The notes: generated by a model from the letters alone, not told the origin. A DNA stretch of 63,933 bases, filler included, from 6 parts of 6 records of this genome joined end to end with filler, not necessarily neighbours in it, one strand, 5' to 3'; positions 42,601-56,322 are shown, numbered from the whole stretch's first letter. Numbers and translations: made by a program.

Positions 42601-45600
42601 CCCAACAACTACCCCCATACTTTGAGTGGCTGCGAGTGGCACTGAGCCTACCGACTGGTGGTATTCGGCTTCAACGGCTAGGAGAGAATGTAAGAGGGGG
42701 AAGTAGGAACAACAATAGGATGGGTGTTATCAACGATCTATTAGAAGACGCTGATTTCCAGATCCTTAACACAAAGTTTACATTCACTGTCGGTACCTCC
42801 TCCTCCTCCTCCTCTGCTGCCCCCAAGGCATCAGCAACACCACCACCATCGACACGTCCACATGGTGATAATAACAATAAGGACGACGATGTGGTGACCA
42901 CCAGTCCTCCATCCTACTTTACCTTCCAGGTAGGGGATCTAAGACTCGTACGCCTACCCTCGAATACAGCGCATGACAACAGCCCCCACCCATCATCACC
43001 ATCACCATCGTCCTCCTCCCCCAACCTCATCCGTCGCCACATATCCTCCAAGCGGAATCCCAAACGTACAACAACAGTAGACGGTAAGCCCACCTCCTTA
43101 CCGCCCCTTATTCGCGTTCTCGGTGCTACTAGTAGTTCTACTCTCCTCCACACCAACTCTACCACTGAAAAGGATGACGACGATGATCACCAGGACGAGG
43201 AGGATGCGTCGTCGCTCGACATGCAGCTATCCGTCACAATCCTACCACTACTAATTATTGCCGATCCCGCCTTTATTGCCTCGGTGGTGCAATTCGTGAC
43301 TATAATGCCCTCCGACGGTGTTTTGGACACCTCCATGCTGACCATGCATACACAGGGCATGTTGGCCTCTGTAGGTTCCAAGCTAGCCGAAGCATACCAA
43401 CAAGGAAAATCTGCCAATAATAATAATTCCTCTACTGCGATCGTGTCAGGGTCTGATATGGGTGGTGGTGGCGATGAATCGGAGAGTGCATCGCTATTAA
43501 TAAATAGCATCATAGGTCGTTTGTGTACCCCTATTTTCGCTGCCAAGGCCGTCAAAATTAGAATTGATGCCCGAGCTCCAGTGATGGTGTTTCCCATGGG
43601 CGGGCTCCGAACTGCCACTTCTTCCACTAATCATAAATCTAAGAAGACTTCTGCTACTTCTGACAGTGATGTAGGGAGGATACTACGAGGGTCTGAGCCC
43701 GCGTTGGTAGTATCACTGGGCCGTCTTAAGCTCGAGACTCGACAGCCCTTTTCTACCACCGAGAAGGCCGCTCGTGTAAGTAGTCTAAGGACCTTCACAA
43801 GCAGTAGTAGTAGTAGCAGTGCTGCTATTGCATCATCCTCACCACCGCCATCAACTGCTATCAATACCACCCAAGCATCCTTTGCACCGTATTACCATGT
43901 CAGCTCTATGTTTGCGTCGTTGTATGTAAACATGTGCTCTCTCGAGAACGCCCTCTCAGACCCCTCTGATGGTTTCGCCGTCCTACCCCCTATTACCGCC
44001 TCGACCGACATGTACCTACGGGCGGGGTATTGGCTAAATGGTGGAGGTGGGTTCATCAATGTTGATGACTCCTCAACAAATCAATTAGGTGTTGTTGATA
44101 GTGACAACACCTCCAGCGAATGCAATACGTATAACCCCTGTTGTGCATTATGCGTTGAGGCACCTGCCATCGCTACTAGTATTATCAACCTACGAAAGTC
44201 CCTCACCTTCCCAACCTCATCGCCATCATCCAACTCCACTACTTCGAATGCTGCCGGTGACAATGATGATGATGCCGAGGCGGATGCGATACTCCCAATA
44301 CTACCCCGCCCTACTCTCACCACCCTTTCTGAGGATCCCACCTCCCAAGACGAAGAGGTGCTTAAGGAAATTCTAATCCGTCAAATCCATCAGTTTGCCA
44401 AAAAGTCAGCAACATCTTCACTATCACAATTAAACAACGCCGAGGACAGTTTTAATAGGCCACCTGGTGGTGACCCCAGTGGTGGTGGCTCTAGAACAGA
44501 GTTGGCGTCCCTTGCGGCAATGCTTGCAGGTCGGTGGTTCGGACCCTCTAACTCCCCCGAGGCCAGCATCGTGTGCCGAACCCGTCTCCCAGCTCTCCAG
44601 CTCAACATCTCCACCCACACCGCCCACCTCATCGCCACCCTTCTGACTCAATGGGTGAAGGTGGCTACGACACGACCCATGTCGAATGTGGGCGTCGGTG
44701 CTGCTACTACAACTCCTCCCTGTGGTGGCGGTACTTCTCTCTTAAACAGTTTCAATACTACTGCTGGTAGTAGTGGTACCCTACGGTCCGCCTCTTCCGT
44801 CCTAGGTGAATCATCGCTGATGAATAATAATGGTAATAACAACAGCTTTGCTGCATCCTCTTCTGTTCGGGGTTGGTTGGGTCTTGGTCGACAACATCCG
44901 AGTTACCACCATGCTTCATTGTCAGGATCAGATGAGCGTATCAGCAGCACCGCCCAGAAGCTTATGGCCTCCCTTACCAACTCCGACGAGGAATACTTCG
45001 GAGAGGATGGAAATGATAACGATAATGGGGATGGTGGATCGAGTAGTTGGGGTGGGGGCCGCTCCTTCAGGTCTGTTAGGTCTGGTACTCAGCGGGGTGG
45101 TGGAAGTGTGACTGGGGATGGTGATGGTGATGCCAACTCACAAGATGATGGTAGCAACAACTCCATATCATCTCCTGAGGATGCCTTCGAGGACGAGCTT
45201 CGCTCTACAACTCAAACCTACAAGGGGGGAAGGGATGGCTACACCACCAACCACCCACCCAACTCATCCACACCCAACAACAACACGGGACTACACACCA
45301 ATAGTAGTAGGATGACTATTGATGTAGGCTGTACCATCGGCTGCATCCTCCTCCAAATTTACGACGACGCCAAGGCAATAAAGAGCTGTGCAATTCGTAA
45401 AATTGCACAATCTTCACAACAACAGAGTTCATCAGAAGATGTCCATGATGTAGCAGGAGGTACGTTCCTAGTCCCCCGTGCGGAGGAGGTGGCCAAGAAC
45501 CCCACTTACGTAGTAGCACTGTCACCCCTCCAATTACGCCTATTATGTCTGTCTACCGGTGAGTCCCGTCTTGGTCTTAACCTTGGTGACTTACAAGCAT

Positions 45601-48600
45601 TCAGGCAAGACGACCCGGAGGCCGACACAGCAAGGCGTAGTGGTAGTGGTAAAGATGTCCTTTTGTGTGGTGGTAGTCGTGTTACAGTGGAGGCGTGCGT
45701 CCCTGTACAACCCTCCGATGTCACTGATGCGGCGGGGTATGCATTTGCTCTAAAGGCACATGCTGCAGCTGTAGCAGTCCATGACGAGCATCTGAGACGT
45801 ATCAATAGTACTACTAACGCCAATAATACTGGCAGAGAGGGAGGGAGAGGAGGAAGCAACTCACTCTCTCAGCCACCACCACCACCACCCCCTTTACCTG
45901 ATGTATCTGATGTAGTCATCCGACTCCCCACCGTTGCAAATATACGTATTGAGGAGACCATCGAGCTACGACTATCCTCATCCTGTGTGGAGTTCTTAGA
46001 GCGGTTGGTGGATGTAAGCAAGATGCTGTCGGTGGCGTCTAATACTGTAGATGCGGAGGCTGTCAATAAGGCTACCGCCGGCTCCTACCACAACAACACC
46101 AACACCACTTCTGCCACCTCGGTTTCAATCCCCCCTCCATCAACCACACCTCCAACTACTGCTACTACCGCTCCATCTTCATCCCCAGCGGCTCTCTACC
46201 ACAGTTTGCTCATTACCGAGGACGATGTGGCTAAGGCGGCTAAGCTCCTCAACCAACCCAACCTACAGGTAAAGCTGCATGTGGAGAGGGTTCGAATGGT
46301 GATGTACAACCACCCAGCATTTAATAACTACGCAGTCGACGAGACGATACAACGAAACAAGAAGACAACACATTCCTCTACAACCAAGGGCTCATTGTCG
46401 TCGTCTTCCACGACGTCACCAGTCATCCCCTCCAATCTTACTACCCCAGAGGAAAGAGTAGAATGGTGTACGCATCACGTCCGTGTCTCCGAAGTCCCCC
46501 CAGTCCTAGAAAATAGCGATTCTTTACCATCACAGGATTTCATTTTTGCGGTGTTGGATTTATCAAATATACAGGCATCTGGTGAGTCGAAGGCAGCTAC
46601 ATCCAGTTGGTACGGCTACTTTGGCACAATGAGGCTATCTTCCGCTCTGGACTGCCCTGTTGCTGTCGGAATGACCCCATGCCCCCATCTACTAGAGGGG
46701 GTGGATAACCTAACACTTCGTCAGGTTATTGGTCCGATTCCTACTCAAGCAACTTCATCAACTTCATCGTCATCAGTTCAAGAGTCATCATCAGCCCAAC
46801 CTGCTATGGTTGCATTTAGGTATGAGTCTCATGCCCATCAACACCCCATTGCCGTCGATGAGGATTCAACAACCAAAACGAGAAGTCTTAGAAATGCAGA
46901 TGTATTCGATGCCTCTAGTACATTCTCTTTAAGCTTCGAGCCGGTGGTGTTGGTACACGATACTTCAACTGTTATGGGGTTCCTCTCATGGGCCGCTGGT
47001 CCGCCTGTTCATCATGTTAACCTTGGTATGGGGGGTCTATGTGTGCCACAACAACAACATACATCATCGTCGTCATCGTCAACTCCCTCACCATCATCAT
47101 CATCGACAGTTATGAACAATCTGTATCTTAGACAGGGTGGTAACCTCTTTGTGGGAGGAGGATTCTTCTCACGGGTCATGTTGAGTAGTATGCGGTCGCG
47201 GTACGATGGTGGGGCTGCTGTCCTACAATCCCTCACCCACCTCATCATCCCGACCACTACTACTACCACGAGTAGTTCTAGGCATATTGCCCAATCGAAA
47301 CCTACGGTACTGCCCACATCTACACCATCAACACCCACCACCAATACTGCTACCACTACTACTGTTAGGGGTGATGTGCCGATGATGCGGATGGAGATAT
47401 CCTTCAGACAGCCCAAGGTTGTATTCGCGTACTTGGGTACTCCTACCAGCACTACTACTACCACTTCCCCATCCTCTACTACCCCCACCCTCCAGGTGAT
47501 GGTATCGTCCCTTGAGGACCTCTCAGTCTCCAACACGATCGATGTAAGCCGTATCGAGCAAACCTACACCATCCTCATGTCGGGTATGGACATACGCCCC
47601 TCCACACTACATGAGGTACATGCCCTCCTTGGGTTGAAGGGTGACAAACATAGCTCCACAACTGCACCAGGAAGAGGAAGGGGATCATCGTCATCCTCCC
47701 GCCATCAACACCATCCGTCATTGGTACACGTACAGCTACTTGCTATGCACTTTACTAAATCATTCGATCCCCATCCAGTAGAGCACGCTATGTACACCGA
47801 GATAACCATCCCTGGTTTCGACGATAATAAGACTGGTGGTGGTGGTGTTCAGACTCCCTCCTCCTCGTCAACCACCACCACACGGCCAACATCTCCTACT
47901 GGATTCGTAGCTCCGTCCTTCGCCCACACCTACAAGCGACCCAGCTACCACGACACCACTTCCCAGTCACTTCGCATCAATACCGCCAGCCGTCATACTA
48001 CTACTACATCCCAACACCACCACAATGCATTTGTTATGAATGTAAATGACACTACGCTCCTAAGTTTTATTGAGGTGTTACATACCAACATGCTTCACAC
48101 ATCGGCCCTACTTATCCCACGAGCAGTGTATCCCTCCTCATCTCCGTCAAGTGCCAAAGTATCACGTAAGAGCTCTAATATGAATCCCGAACCACAATCT
48201 ACTTCCACAGGAGCAACTAGGACAGGGTCCTCCACACCCGACGACGCTTCACCATCCACCAATAACAATGATACGGCCACCACCACCACGGCTGTATCGC
48301 CCACTCACTACTACCTCACCATGAACTTCTCTGAGATGGTTATGAACTGTAGTGTACAATCCCCCACACCCTCGTCATCATTGTCATCATCGTTGGCCGA
48401 GGTTCGACTGCTTCAGTTTACCTATCAACAGGAGTCCCATAATCCCCCTAAGAAGCAAGTGGAAGATGATGCTGATGATGCCGCGGTGAGGAATAATAAT
48501 AATACTACTGCCGCCACCGCTTCCGATCCCACGCCACAGAGACTACTTGCAGGGAAGCAATGCTATACGTGGAAAGGGGCTACTATAGTGGATACCCGTA

Positions 48601-51600
48601 CCTCCGACCCCCGCACCCTCTTTGAGTCCGACTCCTCCACCGTCACCATCACCAACGAGGAGACCATACCCATCACCGCCCTGTACGACCTGGCCGAGGA
48701 CGTCGCAGCCCATATATCAGAATGTCACGATGGTCGCAGCAGCCATGTATCACCCCTTTCTACAACAACAACAATTCACCACCCCTCACCACCAAGCTGT
48801 CATTCCTCGGAGGAGGTACGTAGCCTTCTTAGTAGTGGTGGTCAGGTACCCCCTCTTACTACTACACCATCCTCTGCTAGCATTACTCCCCAGTTTATAA
48901 AGCGTATCAGTACTATCCATGTAGACTACTCTTTAAGGAGGTTTGTACTATCTGGCAGTTGGGTCCCTATCTATGACTTCTTTGTCAACGAACACGTAAC
49001 CGCCTCCAACTCTGCAAGGCAGCCTGATACGTACAACCCCCTTCTACACACTAGCGAGGATGCTGCTCCTCCTACTTCTACTGCCTCTTTGCCACCACCC
49101 GCCCCCGCCTCCTCTTCATCACCATCTACCCGTGCTGCAACTATTTCCTCCTCAGCTCCACTCCTTCGGGAAATCAAGGAGATGAACCTTCTGGTTACGG
49201 CCCGTAGTGCTCTGCTACCTATGCTATGGGTACGAAATGGAGAAGACTATAATGATTCTGCAACCAATACCATCTCATCTACTACTACCAAAAAGGAGAT
49301 TGAGTTGTTTAGGACTCACATATCGGGTCTGAAACTACACTTCCGCAACGTGCAGGATTTAAGCTGTCCGTCCCTTACTAGCTGCAGTACTACCTTCCTC
49401 TCTCTAGGAGGTCTCACTCTATCCCACCCCGCCTCCAACTCTACTCTTATATCCACCGCATCATCATCATCATCACCATCATTTTTGCCGAATGATCAGA
49501 CTCGAGCATCCTCAAAACCACTTCCACAGCCAGTGCTTACTTTTAGTAGTTTGGCCTTCCCAGGGGGTTCGAGTATGAGGCTAGGACTGTCCCCTGCTCT
49601 CCGTTTCCAGGTGTCTCTACCGCTGGTAAAGAGCCTATCTAGTTACCTATCTGACCCCACACAGGCATGCTCCCTAGTCATGCAAATGGGCGTAATGAAA
49701 CACGAAAGGGAGAGGCTAGCTAAGATTGCTGCAGCAGAGGTTCGAAAGGGTCGGTTGGAGATGAGGTTGGTGTGGGACTCGCCCGTAGTATCGCTATCGA
49801 CAGATGCGAGGTACGAGCACAGTGTCTTACAACAACAACTCTCTAACACCTACAACAACAGTAGCATGGCCGCCTCCACTACCCGTGGTAGGGGAAATAC
49901 CTCTGCCATTTGGCTCCCAGTCCACATCAATCACCTCAAGACGACCTTGTCTATTATCAATAAACCTGGCACTGTTCAGGATGTAGCGGATCGGTGGTCT
50001 GAACTTATCAAAACCACCTCTAACAACAACGACGACGCCCCTCACCAGCAACATCCCGATCTTCCCAGTGGTTCTGCTGCCATCACACATAGTTCCATGC
50101 ACGCCTCCATTGAATTACAAGAACTGTCAATGCCTGGTCTCGTAAATAAAATGGCGGTGATGGGTACTCACACCTCAACAACCCTAAAGGTGTCTGGGGC
50201 TGACATTGAGGCGTATGATGTGCCATCCCACAGCCACACCCGGCTACAAATACCCCCCGCAACCCTACTCCTCAGCAAAACGTCTCTCTGCGAGCTACGC
50301 CGGTTTAATACCCAGAACTTGGCACTTTCTACCATTGCCTCGTCATCATCGTCTTCTGGTGCGCAAAAGTCTCCCTCTGCTTCTTCATCCCCAGTAACTA
50401 AAGAGCCCGCCACGACAACCACTACCACTGCAACCACCCAACTACTACTCCCCACCACTAAATTAGAGGTATCCACTGAGCAGTTAGTCGTACGATTATT
50501 GACCAAGTCCCCGCACATCGTCTCCCAGTGGAGTAATGGTGGTGTGGGGCTTGGAGGTGGTGTAGATCATCAACTTCAGGAGCGAAGGGAGTCTACACTC
50601 TCGAACTCGCTGATGTCATCAGGACCACATCCTGTGGCCAATTCATCATCATCATCTATCTCTGATTCCATACCAGGCCATGTATGCTTCGGCATCCTCA
50701 CTATCGGCAACTGTCATCTAGCAATGGGAGGAAGGCTGGAGTCGGAGAGACAGGACTTGGTGCTGAGAGTCGAGTCCCTTGAAAGTGTCGACTCGAAGAC
50801 CAACATACGAATGTTGAGCCCCAAGGAAAAGAAGGGAACATCCACCACCACCAATACTACGACATCTACGGTCTCTGCACCCAAGTATGTGTTCTCGGTA
50901 GTTAGGCGTGTTCATGGATTGGATTCACATCGTCTATGTGACGATCGTGTCAGTGCAACTACTACTACTACTACTGCACCATCCGCTACGGCTGATTCCA
51001 ACTCTACAATTGAGGAGTATGTGTGCACAGAGGTTGACGTAGCGGGGGTACACTACATTGTCGTACCTAGCGCTCTAGGAGGTATTATTGACCTGTTTAG
51101 CGATGATGGGCCTGTTGTCACTGCCACCACCACCGTCCCATCACCTTCCCAGACTACTACAACAAGTGGCGGTGACCTGGGTTCTTCTCAACTATCCCCA
51201 CCCGCCCCAGAGCTACCCACAACAGCAGCAGCTGCCTCGACATCGGCACCTATTCTTCGTACCCACATGTTCTTTACCGTACACTCCTCCACAGTGGATC
51301 TACTATCTGCTCATTGTATCCAGCCCACCACCTTCTTACCCTCCCAGGCCGACTCCGAGGAGTTCATACATAGGAATATGTTGGTACGTGTAGAGCTCTC
51401 CGCCTCCAGGCATGTCTCCCAATCCCACGTACGCCTCACCGATGATGATATCCGAAATGCCTATATCACCTCCCTACCACAACAGTACCGATCGGGTGGT
51501 TATGGCGGTGATGGTAATAATGAGCATCAACCCCATAAGCATGTCAAGAAGAATCATGCGTCCAAGAGTATTGATGACAGCCGTAACAGGGATACCTCTC

Positions 51601-51808
51601 TCCTTGAGTATACAGTGTCTATAGGTACCCTTGGCCGTATTGCTGTGTTGGACAGGCGAGCACCGATTGGATCATCCTCCATCCCAACCTCGAAGTCCGA
51701 TCACACTACCCACAACTTGGCAGTCGTCCGACAGCGCCGTGTTGCAGCAGGCGAGATCAGGCTCTCTGGTGATGAGAGTGGTACTACTACTACTACTACT
51801 ACTACTAC
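39660..51808 (+). CDS. VPS13: VPS13-family (chorein-N) bridge-like lipid-transfer protein, >4000 aa, 3' truncated
   Basis: N-terminus MFEKYVSGLL...QLSLFEGKATLTDLVLRPD (chorein-N), then 'ILNNVIVRVKRVHIRYE', 'YRP...RRWWRYAI' and 'APVMVFP...LVVSLGRL'. One uninterrupted frame to the contig end. Confidence 0.8.
51782..51808 (+). repeat. (TAC)9 coding microsatellite (poly-Thr) at the contig end
   Basis: Seen directly; likely cause of the assembly break. Confidence 0.9.
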
Positions 51809-51908
51809 NNNNNNNNNNNNNNNNNNNNNNNNNNNNNNNNNNNNNNNNNNNNTTAATTAATTAANNNNNNNNNNNNNNNNNNNNNNNNNNNNNNNNNNNN
51901 NNNNNNNN
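51809..51908. other. Artificial contig spacer
   Basis: N44-TTAATTAATTAA-N44. Confidence 0.98.
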
Positions 51909-51936
51909 TGGATGCCGGCTCAAGGCCGGCATGACG
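51909..51936. repeat. REP/RIME-like palindromic element of Rhizobiales type (partial)
   Basis: TGG-ATGCCGGC-TCAAG-GCCGGCAT-GACG hairpin at the contig break. It resembles, from memory, the GGATGCCGGGTCAAGCCCGGCATGAC intergenic repeats of alphaproteobacteria. Confidence 0.6.
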
Positions 51937-52001
51937 GATGAGGGAGCGCTGCGGGAAGAAAGCAACCTTCCCAGCCGCGCCATCGCCGCCAAACCGCACC
52001 C

Positions 52002-53831
52002 TCATTTCGCCTCCGCCGACCACCAGCCAGCGGGGAAATCGAGACCGAATTCGGGGAATTCGCCATGGGTGATCGTGTTCCAGTAGGCGATGCGGTAGTC
52101 CCGCGAATAATAGAGCGGGATGATGTAGTCATTGGCGAGCAGCACCCGGTCGAGCGCCTTGGTGGCCGCAACCAGCGTGTCGCGATCATCGGCGAACACG
52201 ATCTTCTTGATCAGCGCATCGACGCCCGGGTCGGAAATGCCGGCATAGTTTTCCGAACCCGGCTGATCGGCCGATTGCGAGCCCCAATAGTTAAACTGCT
52301 CGTTGCCCGGGCTCAGCGACTGGGCCCAGATTTCCCAGATCATGTCGTAGTCGAAGTCATTCACCCGGTTCTGGTATTGCGAGGCATCGACAACGCGGAT
52401 TGCGGCGTCGATGCCGAGCTTGCGCAGGTTTTCGACATAGGGCAGCACGACCACCTGAAGGGAGGGGTTGTCGAGCAGGATTTCAAAGGCGAACGGCTTG
52501 CCGCTATCGGCATTGACCAGCTTGTCGCCACGCCGTTCATATCCGGCCTGTTTCAAAAGCTCGAAAGCCTTCTGCAGGTTGGAGCGCGCTTCCTCCTGCG
52601 TCCCGCCGACCGGCAATTTGTTGGCCTTGTTGAACACGTCCGGCGGCACCAGATCGCGCACGGAATCGAGAATCTGCAACTCCTCGCCCTTGGGCAGGCC
52701 GGTTGAGGCCAGATCGGTCCCGAACCAGAAGGAATTGTCGCGCGCATAGGCGTCGCTCAACTGGTTCTTGTTGATGGTCTCGAAATCGAAGGCATAGATC
52801 AGCGCTTCGCGAACCCGCCTGTCATCGAACGGCGCGCGGCGGTTATTGGGCACCAGCGCCTGCATGATGCCCCGGGTGCGCAACGGATTGGGCACAGCCT
52901 CGCGGGTGACATCGCCATCCTTGACCGCCGGGAAGTTATAGCCGGTAGCCCAGCGCTTCGCCCGCGTCTCGATCCAGAAATCGAACGTGCCGGCGCGGAA
53001 CGCCTCGAAGGCAACGTCGAGGTCGGCGAAATAGAGATATTTCACCGTTCCGAAATTGTTGCGACCGACATTGACGTTGAGGTCCTTGCCCCAATAGTCC
53101 TCATTGAGGCGATAGGTGATCGAGGAACCGGGATTAACGGTGTCGACCACATAGGGGCCGGAGCCGACGATCTTTTCCAGCGTGCTTGCCGAAATATCGT
53201 GCACGACATTACCGTCTTCGCCTTCGAACCAGTGCTTGGGCAGGATCAGGAGCTGGCCGACGATCTGCGGCAGTTCGCGATTGCCGGTCTGGTCGAAGCG
53301 AAACGTCACCTCGCGCTCGCCGGTCACTTCGGCGCTGGTCACATGGCTGTAATAATTGGCGTAGACGGCGTTCAGCGTCTTGAAGCTGTCGAACGAGAAT
53401 ACGACGTCTTCCGCCGTCACCGGCTCGCCATCGGAGAATTTCGCCTCCGGGCGCAGCCTGTAGGTAACCGAGGAAATGTCTTCGGGGTAACGCAAGGCCT
53501 CGGCCAGAAGGCCGTACATCGCATTGATCTCGTCTTCCGAAGGGGCCATCAGCGTTTCGAACACCAGTCCCAGTCCGGTCGCCTTGTTGCCGCCGTAGGG
53601 AACGGGATTGAGCGAATCAAACGTGCCGGTTGCCGAAAGCTTCAGTTCGCCGCCCTTCGGGGCATCCGGATTGGCATAATCGAAATGGCTGAAATCCTGG
53701 GGGTATTGCGGTGTGCCGGTCAGCGCCGTGGCGTAATGCCAGTCGCTGCCGCCATTGTCGTCAGCCAGAACAGCCGGAGCCGAAAGCCCCGCAACTGCGA
53801 TCACGATCGCCCGAGCAGCCTTTATCCACAT
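52002..53831 (-). CDS. yejA: ABC peptide transporter extracellular solute-binding protein (family 5, YejA-like)
   Basis: Signal peptide with HFDYANPDAPKGG, GTFDSLNP, YGLLAE, GSGPY and DRRVREAL motifs; divergent from mepA as in rhizobia. Confidence 0.85.
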   Translation of the reverse strand: MWIKAARAIVIAVAGLSAPAVLADDNGGSDWHYATALTGTPQYPQDFSHFDYANPDAPKGGELKLSATGTFDSLNPVPYGGNKATGLGLVFETLMAPSEDEINAMYGLLAEALRYPEDISSVTYRLRPEAKFSDGEPVTAEDVVFSFDSFKTLNAVYANYYSHVTSAEVTGEREVTFRFDQTGNRELPQIVGQLLILPKHWFEGEDGNVVHDISASTLEKIVGSGPYVVDTVNPGSSITYRLNEDYWGKDLNVNVGRNNFGTVKYLYFADLDVAFEAFRAGTFDFWIETRAKRWATGYNFPAVKDGDVTREAVPNPLRTRGIMQALVPNNRRAPFDDRRVREALIYAFDFETINKNQLSDAYARDNSFWFGTDLASTGLPKGEELQILDSVRDLVPPDVFNKANKLPVGGTQEEARSNLQKAFELLKQAGYERRGDKLVNADSGKPFAFEILLDNPSLQVVVLPYVENLRKLGIDAAIRVVDASQYQNRVNDFDYDMIWEIWAQSLSPGNEQFNYWGSQSADQPGSENYAGISDPGVDALIKKIVFADDRDTLVAATKALDRVLLANDYIIPLYYSRDYRIAYWNTITHGEFPEFGLDFPAGWWSAEAK

Positions 53832-53989
53832 GGTTTTTGCCTTCTGCGTGCTTGCTTTTCTCGTTTCCGGCACAAGAATAAGCAAATATCGGCATGGGTG
53901 CACAAGTGGCCATTTCGTGAAATCATGATGGCAGCGGGTTTTGCGACTGCCGTTTCCGGCGGGACGCGCCGCATTGAGGGAGCAATATC

Positions 53990-55006
53990 ATGCGCTGGAT
54001 CAATGCCCTGTCCGCAGTCCTCGCCCTCGTGATGGCGGCATCTGCGGCCATCGCCGAGGATTTTCCGCCGCCCGCCAAGGTGCTGTTCGCCTCGGAGACC
54101 GCACCCTCGGCGGGTGCCGCGCAATCGCTGGGATTTTATTCCAAGGGGTGCCTTGCCGGCGCCGAGGCGCTGCCGATCGACGGGCCGACATGGCAGGCGA
54201 TGCGGCTTTCGCGCAACCGCCGCTTCGGCCATCCCGATACCATAGCGCTGATCGAGAAACTGTCGCGCGAGGCGGCGCAACATGATGGCTGGCCGGGGCT
54301 TCTGGTCGGCGATATCTCGCAGCCGCGCGGCGGGCCGATGATTTCCGGCCACGCCTCCCATCAGGTTGGCCTCGACGCCGATATCTGGCTGACGCCGATG
54401 CCGGACCGCACCCTGACGCTGCGGGAACGCGAGGACATTTCCGCAACGTCGATGCTGAAGGAAGACGGCACGCTGTTCGTCGACAGGCAGAAATTCACGC
54501 CGGCCCATGAACGCCTGATCATGCGCGCGGCAAGCTATCCGGAGGTGCAGCGCATCTTCGTCCATCCCGGCATCAAGAAGGCGATCTGCGATGACTGGAA
54601 AGGCGACCGCTCCAACCTTGCCAAGGTGCGGCCCTATTACGGCCATTACTACCATTTCCATATCCGCCTGTTCTGCCGGCCCGGCTCGCCCGACTGCGAA
54701 CCGCAAAACAGGGTGGACATGGCGGATGACGGCTGCGGCGCAAACCTCGCCTGGTGGCTTTCCGACGAGCCATGGGCGCCCGCAAAGCCTGAAACGCCGC
54801 CCGAAAAACCGTCGAAGCCGCCGCCGAAACCGACACGGCCGAGCTATACCATACTCTCCGACCTGCCGGCCGCCTGCACCGCCGTGCTGAATGCGCCGGC
54901 GCCCGCGCAATTGCCGCAGGCAGCCCTGACGCCCGCGATCCCGCTGCCGCCGCTTGCGCCATGGCCCGAAATCGGCCCCGTGCCCACCCAGAGACCACGG
55001 GGGTAA
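53990..55006 (+). CDS. mepA: Penicillin-insensitive murein endopeptidase
   Basis: GFYSKGCLAG, RLSRNR.FGHP, GDISQPRGGPM.SGHASHQ.GLD.DIW and GHYYHFHIRL motifs; Pro-rich tail. Confidence 0.93.
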   Translation: MRWINALSAVLALVMAASAAIAEDFPPPAKVLFASETAPSAGAAQSLGFYSKGCLAGAEALPIDGPTWQAMRLSRNRRFGHPDTIALIEKLSREAAQHDGWPGLLVGDISQPRGGPMISGHASHQVGLDADIWLTPMPDRTLTLREREDISATSMLKEDGTLFVDRQKFTPAHERLIMRAASYPEVQRIFVHPGIKKAICDDWKGDRSNLAKVRPYYGHYYHFHIRLFCRPGSPDCEPQNRVDMADDGCGANLAWWLSDEPWAPAKPETPPEKPSKPPPKPTRPSYTILSDLPAACTAVLNAPAPAQLPQAALTPAIPLPPLAPWPEIGPVPTQRPRG

Positions 55007-55184
55007 GCCGGCCCTTTCAAAGCGATTTGAACTGATGTAGGAAACCCGAAAACGCCTTGCCGGAATGTTGTTCAGGCTGGATACCGGTTTGGCGGTCGGA
55101 CCTTTTGAAAACAAGCGGAACAGCGTTCTTCTTCGCTGAAACGGACGCTCTAAAGCCGCAATGCCTGCGCAACGGGGAAACACA

Positions 55185-56207
55185 ATGGCCAGAATACCGC
55201 TCGAACAACCGCTTGCCTTTCCCATCCTGATCGGCGACATCGGGGGCACGAACGCCCGGTTTTCGCTGCTGGTCGACCCCTATGCCGAGCCGCGCGAGTT
55301 TCCGATCGTACATACCGCCGATTTCGCCACGATCGGCGATGCGATCCAGGCGGCGGTGATGGACAAGTCCTCGCTGCAGCCGAGAAGCGCGATCCTGGCT
55401 GTCGCCGGCCCGATCCGCAGCGATGAAATTCCGCTGACCAATTGCGACTGGGTGGTAAAGCCGCGCGACATGATCGCCCATCTCGGCCTCGTCGACGTGA
55501 TCGTCATCAATGATTTCGAGGCCCAGGCGCTGGCGATCGCCAATATGCCCGACGAGTTTCGCGAGCCGATCGGCGACACGCCGGACACGTTGCTCGCCTC
55601 ACGTGTCGTGCTCGGTCCCGGCACGGGGCTCGGGGTCGCCGGCCTCGTCCACGCCGAGGAACGCTGGATCCCGGTTCCCGGCGAAGGCGGGCATATCGAT
55701 GTCGGGCCGCGCAGCGCGCGCGACTACCAGATATTCCCCCACATAAAGACGATCGAGGGCCGGGTGGCGGCCGAGCAGATCCTTTGCGGCCGCGGCATGG
55801 TGAACCTCTACAACGCCATCTGCTCCGCCGACGGCATTGCGCCCAAGCCCTATGAGCCCAAGGATGTCAGCCAGCACGGCCTCGACGGAACCGACCCGCA
55901 GGCCGTGGAGACGCTGTCGCTGTTTGCGACCTATCTCGGCCGCCTTGCCGGAGACATGGCGATGATCTTCATGGCCCGTGGCGGCGTCTATCTCGCCGGC
56001 GGCATTTCGCAGAAGATCCTGCCGGCGCTGAAGAGGCCGGAATTCCGTGCCGCCTTCGAGGACAAGGCGCCGCATACCAAGCTTCTGGAGGCAATCCCGA
56101 CCTATGTCGTGACCCATCCGCTGGCCGCCCTTGCCGGCCTTTCCAGCTTTGCCCGCACCCCCACCCGCTTCGGCCTCGCGCTCGACGGCCGCCGCTGGCG
56201 GGTCTGA
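55185..56207 (+). CDS. glk: Glucokinase
   Basis: [28 protein letters not shown] and GGVYLAGGI motifs. Confidence 0.95.
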   Translation: MARIPLEQPLAFPILIGDIGGTNARFSLLVDPYAEPREFPIVHTADFATIGDAIQAAVMDKSSLQPRSAILAVAGPIRSDEIPLTNCDWVVKPRDMIAHLGLVDVIVINDFEAQALAIANMPDEFREPIGDTPDTLLASRVVLGPGTGLGVAGLVHAEERWIPVPGEGGHIDVGPRSARDYQIFPHIKTIEGRVAAEQILCGRGMVNLYNAICSADGIAPKPYEPKDVSQHGLDGTDPQAVETLSLFATYLGRLAGDMAMIFMARGGVYLAGGISQKILPALKRPEFRAAFEDKAPHTKLLEAIPTYVVTHPLAALAGLSSFARTPTRFGLALDGRRWRV

Positions 56208-56288
56208 ACCGGGGGACCGTGCGCCGGTCTCTTCCCGCCGGCATGATTTCTGAAATTGCCACTTGCACTGGCTCCTCGCCTTTCTATA

Positions 56289-56308
56289 TTGAGTGCCTAC
56301 TCACTTAT
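56289..56308. promoter_or_regulatory. Putative TetR operator 1 (overlaps a possible -10 TATATT)
   Basis: TTGAGTG-CCTACT-CACTTAT; the first 17 nt are identical to the site at 57005. Confidence 0.72.
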
Positions 56309-56322
56309 TAGGGAAAGACGGC

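Noticed and set aside
39660..51808. Stop-codon reassignment or a giant viral/polyprotein gene
   Set aside because: There are no in-frame stops to recode, and the chorein-N and VPS13 motifs explain the ORF.
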